A stretch of 64,000 bases of DNA, taken from NCBI GenBank assembly GCA_963782115.1, contig CAWAIK010000001.1:128001-192000 (forward strand). The letters are read 5' to 3'. The notes under the pieces are model-generated. The model did not search any database. It was given only the letters and a program-made list of their open reading frames with translations, and had not been told where the DNA came from. Numbering within the stretch: position 1 is the stretch's first letter; each line of letters opens with the position of its first letter. This DNA is from an uncultured Verrucomicrobiae bacterium. Lineage in GTDB: Bacteria > Verrucomicrobiota > Verrucomicrobiia > Chthoniobacterales > JAFAMB01. Below, one piece after another: positions 31,893 to 39,015 of the stretch. The position numbers and the translations under genes were made by a program.

Positions 31893-32895
31893 TGTACCCA
31901 TGGCTCTAAGTGAAATAGCTAATAAAAAAATCGATGGGCGACCTTCTTTGGGGATCTCTGTCCTGAGTTTCTTGACGAGGTACTATATTCAGTCCCTGCT
32001 TGCCATCTCGGTAGTAGTTCTTGCGGCCGTGAATCCCTACTTCAGGACCGTGGAGAATTTAGAAAATGTTCTCCTGCAAGCTTCATTTGCCGGGATTGGG
32101 GCCGCCGGCATGACACTCTTAATCGTTTCAGGTGCCTTTGATTTATCGGTAGCCGGTCTACTCGGACTCTGCGGCGTCCTGATTTCCGAGTTGTTACCTT
32201 CCTTAGGCGTAGTTTTAACAATGGTGGCTGCGTTATTCTTCGGTGTTCTCCTGGGTTTACTAAATGGCATGGTAGTTACCAAACTGCGGATCCCCGCTTT
32301 CATCGCAACCCTGGGAATGATGAACATCTACCTGGCCCTGGCCTTTATCTGGACCCAGGGCAGCCGGGTTATCTCCGTTTTAGATTCGAGCTTCACCATT
32401 CTCGGCACGGGAACGTTGTTCGGCGTTTTGCCGATTCCGTTTCTCATGATGATTGTCACCTATCTGGTCTGCTATGGAATTCTGAACCGGAGTGTTTATG
32501 GCCGTTGCCTTCGCGCTGTCGGAAGCAGTGAAATCGCGGCGCGAACTGCTGGTCTGCCAGTTGATCTCATTAGAATTCTGGCCTTCGCTATCGTTGGGGG
32601 TTGCAGCGCCTTAGCCGGGACCTTCCTTACGGCAGAATTATCGTCGGCCAGTGCCATCATGGCTACCGGTTATGAATTAACCGTAATAGCGGTGGTCGTC
32701 ATCGGAGGTACCAGCTTAAAGGGAGGTGAAGGTACGCTTTTCGGTTCGTTCGCCGGCGCTCTATTTTTCGCTGTCATTAGCAGTGCACTCAACATCTTGA
32801 ACGTTGGTGCGTATTGGCAATATATCGTGACCGGTATTTTTTTAATTAGCGCGTTGGGTGTACAAGCCTTGCGCAGCCATATTCTCGTGGAGTGA
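31885..32895 (+). CDS. Sugar ABC transporter permease
   Basis: GAFDLSV, IPAFIATLG, GYEL..IGGTSLKGG. Confidence 0.93.
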   Translation: MPNVPMALSEIANKKIDGRPSLGISVLSFLTRYYIQSLLAISVVVLAAVNPYFRTVENLENVLLQASFAGIGAAGMTLLIVSGAFDLSVAGLLGLCGVLISELLPSLGVVLTMVAALFFGVLLGLLNGMVVTKLRIPAFIATLGMMNIYLALAFIWTQGSRVISVLDSSFTILGTGTLFGVLPIPFLMMIVTYLVCYGILNRSVYGRCLRAVGSSEIAARTAGLPVDLIRILAFAIVGGCSALAGTFLTAELSSASAIMATGYELTVIAVVVIGGTSLKGGEGTLFGSFAGALFFAVISSALNILNVGAYWQYIVTGIFLISALGVQALRSHILVE

Positions 32896-32967
32896 CGGTC
32901 AGCCGGCACGCGCAATAATAGAGTTTATGGGCGCCATGCGCGGCCGGCCACCGTTCCGAGCTGGCAA

Positions 32968-33879
32968 TCATCGAGAAGCAAGCAGCGCCTTAGACAATTT
33001 ACACACCATGGTATAGGCCGGGTCGAAGACGTTGCCAAGGTCGTATCTGACACATTGCCCTAGTAGCAGGCTCGCGCTGGTCGCGTCTAACCCAAAATCG
33101 TCCTTGAGCCACCGGAGCATCTCGGTCGTCGCGTGCTGCACCGCCTGGTCCAGCGGGCGGGCGTTGCCGACGGCGAAGATAAACTCGGCGTTCTCACCCC
33201 GCGGCCAGCGGATGCGCTTCCCTTTGATCACCTGCACCGTGAACTGGACCTCCATCGAAATTTCGATCCCTGTGCCGACGATCTCGCCATCTCCCTGGGT
33301 GGCGTGGCCGTCGCCAAGGTGGAGCAGTGCTCCGGGCACAAAGACCGGAAAGTAAGCGGTGACGCCAGCTACGAACCCGGGATAGTCCATATTTCCGCCG
33401 TGCTCGGCCGAGGTCGCGGTCGAGATCGCCTGGCCGCGTGGCGGGGCAACGCCAAAGCATCCGAGCATTGGCGACAGCGGAATCGTCAGGCGACCGAGCT
33501 TGGTTTCCGGCTTGATCAGTGTGGCCGTGCGGCGCTGGTTATCGACGTGCCAATCGGCCAGCTCGCGCTCGGGCAGTTCGCGGACATACGACGGCTCGAC
33601 TACGTTCTCTGCGACAACTGTGCCAGTGTACCCGATCGCCCGGTTCGGCGAGATGCGGTCCAGTTGCACGACCAGGGTGTCGCCCGGGTCCGCGCCCGCG
33701 ACGTAGAATGGGCCGGTCTGAGGGTTTCCGCGAGGCGTTACCTGCCTGTCATTGGCGTCCTTGCCCAGGGCGTCGACAGTGGTGGTGAGCACGGTGTCTC
33801 CATCGTCGATTCGCAGGACCGGCTCGTGAGAGCCGATGGCGTTGTGGTAATGAGTTGGTTGGAAATGGTGTATTGCCAT
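32968..33879 (-). CDS. Acetamidase/formamidase family protein
   Basis: NPQTGPFYV.GA.PGD, HGGNMD, GDGHATQGDGE; ATG 33879. Confidence 0.92.
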   Translation of the reverse strand: MAIHHFQPTHYHNAIGSHEPVLRIDDGDTVLTTTVDALGKDANDRQVTPRGNPQTGPFYVAGADPGDTLVVQLDRISPNRAIGYTGTVVAENVVEPSYVRELPERELADWHVDNQRRTATLIKPETKLGRLTIPLSPMLGCFGVAPPRGQAISTATSAEHGGNMDYPGFVAGVTAYFPVFVPGALLHLGDGHATQGDGEIVGTGIEISMEVQFTVQVIKGKRIRWPRGENAEFIFAVGNARPLDQAVQHATTEMLRWLKDDFGLDATSASLLLGQCVRYDLGNVFDPAYTMVCKLSKALLASR

Positions 33880-34507
33880 TCGTGCTCCGTTCGTGAAAGA
33901 GATACGGCCATTGTAACACGACGAGCCCTGGTGGCTAGCGAGCGGATCTTGGCCGGATCTCAAAAAAACACTAGTTTCCATATATAGTTTTAATTTCCAT
34001 ATAGAAATTGATTGTTCATACACTTTGTTAGTTTCAATCGGGCTGCCAGTGTCATCCGTTAGACGGTCAAGGGCGAACATTGTTGGAGTCACTGCAACCA
34101 TTACATTTTTTCGTTCCTCTATAATCTTTTACCATATTCTAAAACTATGGTGCGCGTGCAAAAAGAGTATTGGCGACACGCTTGATTCCCAAAGACAATG
34201 CCTAATTGTCTGACAACGGATTTTCTAGCATGAAGCCGCCGGTCGGAGAGGCGGTGGGGCTGCTCTCAAAAATCCGAAGTGCAGGCCGAGTTAATGTTAT
34301 ATGGGAGAGACTAACAAGTACTATGTAACCGTGGCAGTGGACCGATGTGTCATTCCGGAAGGAGTTATGATACGGGCGGCGAATAGAGACCTAGCAGCCT
34401 AGAAAGCTGAGATGAAGGTTGCGCTGCAGATGCAAGATGCCATTACGGTGCAGGCCATCAACGTCCGAGAGGGCTAAAGCGATTGTCGGAAAAAGAAAGT
34501 GCTACCA

Positions 34508-34735
34508 ATGACACCCATTCACGCGAAAGTCGTGGCGGTCGACAAAAAGGACGACAAATATCTGGTCATCATACAGATCATGCTTCGGAAGTATCGAGGC
34601 TCATTCAATACGCTTACCTTCGGTGAAAAGAAACCTTCCGTCGGCTCCTATCACAACGGCCGCCTCGATCTCGTTTATTATATAGACCCGGGTCTCAAGA
34701 CAGGAGGCCCATTTCCGTTATGGAGGATTGACTGA
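34508..34735 (+). CDS. Small hypothetical protein
   Basis: 75-aa ORF with protein-like composition. Confidence 0.5.
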   Translation: MTPIHAKVVAVDKKDDKYLVIIQIMLRKYRGSFNTLTFGEKKPSVGSYHNGRLDLVYYIDPGLKTGGPFPLWRID

Positions 34736-34739
34736 GGAA

Positions 34740-35052
34740 GCGGGGAAGTTGTCAGTGTCAGGGGGAAGTTGTCAGTAGTCAGTTGTCAGTGTCAGTGCGG
34801 GAGGAAGCCGGGGAAGTTGTCAGTAGTCAGTTGTCAGTGTCAGTGGGCGGGAAGAGTCGGTGGAAGTAGCCAACTCGACAAGTGTCAGCTCGAAATGGAT
34901 ACTTGCACCGAAGCTTCCCCCTCCTCACTGACACGGACTACTGACAACTGCTTCTGAGTATCCATCTCGACAAGTCTCAGCTCGAAATGAAAACTTCCAC
35001 CGAAGCTTCCCTCTCCTTACTGACACTGACAACTGACTACTGACAACTTCTT
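34740..35052. repeat. Cluster of GTTGTCAGT(A)GTCAG-family palindromic repeats
   Basis: gggaagttgtcagtagtcagttgtcagtgtcagtg twice, facing actgacactgacaactgactactgacaac. Confidence 0.85.
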
Positions 35053-35053
35053 C

Positions 35054-35450
35054 ATGAGGATGCTGTTCGTCGCCGATCTGCAGTATACGCTCAAACAGCT
35101 CGACTGGCTGGGGGCACACGCGGGCAAGTATTTGTCGACGGAGAGAGTGCACTGCTCAGCGATACACGCCTCCCCGCCTGCCCATGGTGGAATGGTCCCG
35201 TGTCGCGCGCTGAGCTGGAAAACCTACTCGAGCGTGAGTCGGCAAAGAGTGCCAGCCGGTGGATCTGGAGCCATCACGAGCCGCCCGAAGGTGCGCGCGT
35301 CAGTTGGTCGGGAAAAAAGCTCCTTGGCGATCCCTTTCTTCGCGAGTGGATCAATCGCTTTCAACCCGATCTGGTTCTGAGCGGCCATATTCACAGTGCG
35401 CCCTTCTATCCAGAGAGCTCATGGATTGACCGGATCGGCAAGACCTGGAA
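35054..35450 (+). pseudogene. Metallophosphoesterase with internal deletion
   Basis: MRMLFVADL, W.HHEPP, LVLSGHIH in different frames. Confidence 0.75.
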
Positions 35451-35788
35451 GATATTTGTTTACAGCGTCGAGCCGGCGCGCAACCAATTCGCAGACGTGC
35501 AAACAAACTCTCGGTGACGCCTCCAGAAACTGGCGCGGGTTCTGGACAACATGAAATGCGCAGGGCTTAAGCGCTCGGACCGTCGCTGTGTGGTTGCAGC
35601 CGAGCAGCGCGGATAATTCGGCCAAATACCGCGCCCGGTTGCGAAGCCGTGGCGACCTGAACGCCATCCTTCACTACCTCGACGAGAAAAAAGAGCAGAT
35701 CGGTCTTTTTGCCTTGATCGATGACTACCTGTCCCGCGTCAAAGTGCCGCACTTCGCTGCCGTAAATAAGCTCCAGGATCGAAGACAT
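35445..35788 (-). pseudogene. Cyclic-nucleotide-binding domain protein, frameshifted
   Basis: FDAGQVVIDQG..VEVVKDG..PGAVFG / ELSALLG..HTATVRA. Confidence 0.75.
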
Positions 35789-35809
35789 GGAGGAAGTTGT
35801 CAGAGGAAG

Positions 35810-35892
35810 CTGTCAGTAGCCAGTTGTCAGTGTCAGTAGTCAGTGTCAGTAGTCAGTGTCAGTAGTCAGTGTCAGTAGTCAGTGTCAGTAGT
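35810..35892. repeat. 13-bp tandem array (CAGTAGTCAGTGT)n, continued at 38810-38828
   Basis: About five consecutive units read directly. Confidence 0.9.
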
Positions 35893-36299
35893 GAATGGCG
35901 CTTCTATGAAGCCGAGTTTGTCAAGAAAATAGTCTTTGTTTTATTTTTTGTTCGTTTTTACCGACTTCTGACAACAACTCACCTCTTTGGCTTTGGTGCT
36001 TGATCATGCGGCGGCGTTTACGCCGCAATGATCAAACGCCAAAGTCAGTCACTCTTTGAGCGCGCAACGTAGTTGGTTCAAGGCGAACAACGGAATAAAT
36101 GGCAGGGGCCCGCCGGAGGCGGGAAGGATGCCGTTTATGCCGGCTGTGAGATTGAACCAACGCAGTGGAGCGCTACTGAAGTGGGATCCGCTTTTTAGCT
36201 AGGGGTTTTTCTCCGGTTCGCTTCCTCCTTTTTCTGTTTTCGCCCTGTTCTGCAGTTCAATCTTTTGGCCCCTTTCAACGTCTGCTGTCCGAACGCGAG

Positions 36300-36525
36300 C
36301 GATGTCTTTGGTGCTCGGTTTAAGCTTCTATCCGCTGGAGCAGGCTCCAAACATGGTGATTTATGCAATGAGCAAATCAGGGACAGCAACGAGCGGTCTA
36401 ATCTAAGTTGCGGGTTTGTTCGCCCAAGCGCCATTGAAGACGCGCGCCGTTGCTGCCAAAAAATTCATCTGCGGACTAGCGGGTTTAAATTTCAGTGGCT
36501 CCCCTCCTTCTCCTGAGAGGTGAGC
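36300..36525 (-). ncRNA. Putative bridge/seek RNA of the IS110 element
   Basis: Stem 36455-36448 / 36391-36384 encloses AATGGCGCT and AACTTAG matching both target flanks; next loop has ATAGAAG matching the donor end; boundaries approximate. Confidence 0.75.
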
Positions 36526-36532
36526 TCTCTCT

Positions 36533-37627
36533 TTATTTGGCGGAGTGCATAATTAAACCTAATTTTTCAGGGGTGGTTTGCCCGGTGGATAAACGCCATA
36601 AATCAATCGCTAAACGCCGTGCTGCTTGAACGACCAAGCGCTTCCTGGCGCGTTTGCCTTTGACCAAGCCTGTCGCTAAGCGACGCACCGGTGGATACTG
36701 CGGCTGCCAGATCATTAGGCGCCACACCATCTCCACCAAAGTCCAGCGCACAATCCCTATCCCACAGCGGTTGATCGAGCCCTCTTTGCCGCGACCATCG
36801 CTTTGATGAATCCCTGGACATAGACCCGTCATGCTGCCCACTTGGCGCCGATTGGTAAAGCGCTCGAAACCCCTCATCTCGTAATGGAGTACTGCCGCGC
36901 TATAGGCCCCGACTCCTTTGGGGAGAATCGCCGGAGCAAGCGCGGCGATCCGCTCCCGCAACGCGCCTTGCTCCTCATCAGTGCTCAATATTTTGTTGCG
37001 CCAACCGATCAACTGTTCCTTCATCCAGTCCTTGAGCCGAGGATCGCTCTGGACTTCCAGCCACGTGTCGCCGTGCCACCATCGGCCATGGACCTCGATG
37101 CCTTGAGCACACAGCAAGCCTTTCCCTCGAGCCTCACAGCGGCCGCGGTCGGCCATAATCTGGCGATGATAGCGGATCAGTGCTCGCTTCTCCTCTTGTT
37201 CTTCGGTTGGCACCGCCACCACACTCAAGGCTTTATCCTGACCACGCAGATAGCGATCCAGGCAGTCGCATAACTCCCCGGCATCGCGCTTATCAGTCTT
37301 TTGCTTCTTGCCTCCTTGACCCATCGCCTTGGGCACCACCACCAGGTTTTTGACTCCCACCTTCACTAGCTCACGGTGTAACCAGTAACCGCAGGCTCCG
37401 GCTTCGTAACAGCTGTGGATTTCCCAGCCTTCTGCCAGCTTCTTCCGCACCCAGTTCAGAAAATCCACGTGACTCATTTTCCCGGCCGCTTTGATCCGGC
37501 CCCCATTCTCCTGCATCGCCACCGTGACCTGCCGATAATGCATATCGAGTCCCAAATGCAGAACTCGATTCAGACAGTTGACCAGGCTTGGCACGCTGTT
37601 ACCGTTGCTTGATATATCGTTGATCAT
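36533..37627 (-). CDS. IS110 family DEDD recombinase/transposase
   Basis: LGLDMH, CYEAG, KTDKRDA, GLCPGIHQSDG (catalytic Ser region), GSINRCG; start ATG 37627 or TTG 37639. Confidence 0.95.
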   Translation of the reverse strand: MINDISSNGNSVPSLVNCLNRVLHLGLDMHYRQVTVAMQENGGRIKAAGKMSHVDFLNWVRKKLAEGWEIHSCYEAGACGYWLHRELVKVGVKNLVVVPKAMGQGGKKQKTDKRDAGELCDCLDRYLRGQDKALSVVAVPTEEQEEKRALIRYHRQIMADRGRCEARGKGLLCAQGIEVHGRWWHGDTWLEVQSDPRLKDWMKEQLIGWRNKILSTDEEQGALRERIAALAPAILPKGVGAYSAAVLHYEMRGFERFTNRRQVGSMTGLCPGIHQSDGRGKEGSINRCGIGIVRWTLVEMVWRLMIWQPQYPPVRRLATGLVKGKRARKRLVVQAARRLAIDLWRLSTGQTTPEKLGLIMHSAK

Positions 37628-37782
37628 AAGAGCCGACAATTTACAGCGGGTGCTGTTTCTTGTCGGCTCATGTCATCTAAGTTAAGGGTTCTTTGGGACG
37701 ATCAACTGCCCCGAAGCCGAAGGGGTTGGAGAACTCAGCCCAAGTTTTCAACCCGGGAAGGTAAGGCGGGACGCCTTACTTA

Positions 37783-38566
37783 GTGCGCCTGAGAGTGCGC
37801 ACCAACAGTGGGGTGGAAGTCCCCATCGGACGGAGCACTGGCTGTCCGTAGCTGAAGGAAACTGCGTCGCCGAGAGGCGGGGTGGGGAGCAACCCGAAGC
37901 GAACGACCAGTCCATAATTAACAAAATGATGAACTCGATACGGCCTGATGCATTGGCGAGCCTGCTAAGTAAAGGCGAAGCCCAGAACGGAAGCCGCCCG
38001 GAAAGGGAACGGTAACTCCGCGACCTGACCTGCGGCGAGAAGTGAGCGTGGGGCCAGGAGTGCATGGGGTGGGTGGAGATAGAATGGTCGGAAGTTGGAG
38101 CGACATGAATCAGGGATCACGATTCGGGAAGGAACGGCGTTCATGACCGGCAGAGGGTCCGAAGAACCGTGCCCGAAAGGTGACAGAGCCTTCGTAAGAG
38201 CGCAGAAGCGGGGTAATGCCCGTGGAGCAAAGGAAGGCAGGAAGGTGGAAGCGTGAAAGACAGAACACAGGAACAAAGATCGCCGAGAGTGCCCGAGAGG
38301 GCTCCACAAGACGAAGAGATCCGTGCCCGATGGGCATGGGTGGAAACTGAGGCCTGGACAGAGCGCATGTTGGCAACCCTGGAAACGGGGATTGAAGGAG
38401 GAACGCCTACTTCACCACCATGGGCTTGTTCTCCTTAGGACAGGCTCATCATCAGGTGGCTTGCCAATCTTCTTGAAAGTTAACCACCAACTGGAGAGCC
38501 GAATGCCGGAAATCGGCCTGTTCGGTTCGGAGGGAGGGGCGCCGACACACGGCGTCCCTACCCTAT
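37783..38566 (+). mobile_element. Group II intron with most of the RT ORF deleted
   Basis: 5' GTGCG; domain V GAGAGCCGAATGCCGGAAATCGGCCTGTTCGGTTC; domain VI ending CCCTACCCTAT. Confidence 0.9.
38253..38440 (+). pseudogene. Intron-encoded RT remnant (N- and C-termini only)
   Basis: WAWVETEAWTERMLATLETGIEGG joined out of frame at about 38402 to NAYFTTMGLFSL; no RT core or YADD. Confidence 0.8.
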
Positions 38567-38611
38567 CGGCAGATAGGCGGGACATACTGGGATAAAAGGG
38601 GTAATCAAACG

Positions 38612-38720
38612 ACCGGTTCGCCCGCAGCAGTAAGTAAGGCGTCTCGCCTGACCCCTCTTTCGCAAGCTAACCGTCCCGGTTTGCCCGCAGCAGTAAGTAA
38701 GGCGTCTCGCCTTACCCCGC
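38612..38720. repeat. Two REP-like hairpin units GTAAGTAAGGCGTCTCGCCT
   Basis: gcccgcagcagtaagtaaggcgtctcgcct twice; inverse copy at 37760-37782. Confidence 0.8.
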
Positions 38721-39015
38721 GCCCTGAATAGTTCTCGGAAAGTCCAAACTCCAGACGGCGCCTTCGGGGCCGTGAAACAACCCAAACCGCCCTTAACTTA
38801 GCGCCATTCGTGTCAGTAGTCAGTGTCAATGGGCAAGTTAATGGCTCGGGCTTTGTGTTTCAAATTTTGATGCATCGTCCATGAATCTTCCTTGCTGGCT
38901 ACCCCATCCATTTTCTCCCTCTATTGATAAGTCGCCCCTCGAGATGGATCCTTCGATCGACGCTTGCTCCCAACTGACAACTGACCACTGACCACTGACC
39001 ACTGACCACTTCCTC

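Larger units (their letters stand above)
35903..37676 (-). mobile_element. IS110 family element, IS1111-like layout
   Basis: CT on both sides (35901-02, 37677-78); sub-terminal IR ATGAAGCCGA 35906 / TCGGCTCAT 37663; short 5' end, 630-bp 3' non-coding region; outward TTGACA at 35924-35919. Confidence 0.9.
35893..38809. mobile_element. Non-autonomous IS4-type MITE (about 360 bp net) carrying nested IS110 and group II intron
   Basis: Reconstructed left end GAATGGCGCTAAGTTAAGGG is the exact inverse of CCCTTAACTTAGCGCCATTC (38790-38809); GTGTCAGTAGT duplicated at 35882-92 and 38810-20. Confidence 0.8.

Noticed and set aside
33133..33987. Long antisense ORFs (also 23136-23861, 46994-47812, 58666-59364)
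   Set aside because: Shadows of real genes in GC-rich DNA, with no recognisable motifs.
34301..34477. Small ORF with in-frame TAG at 34400 read as pyrrolysine
   Set aside because: No pyl genes, and the window is full of decayed genes; a nonsense mutation or non-coding DNA is more likely.
35810..35892. CRISPR or iteron array
   Set aside because: Uninterrupted 13-bp tandem of a family dispersed across the window; no spacers and no rep gene.
36380..36460. Bridge RNA on the + strand
   Set aside because: Some G-U pairs favour +, but guide polarity (ending at the core) and the target-then-donor loop order fit known IS110 RNAs only on the - strand; strand remains unproven.
37783..38566. Retron, DGR or active RT system
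   Set aside because: The RT core is deleted and the flanks are typical group II intron domains; no TR/VR pair.
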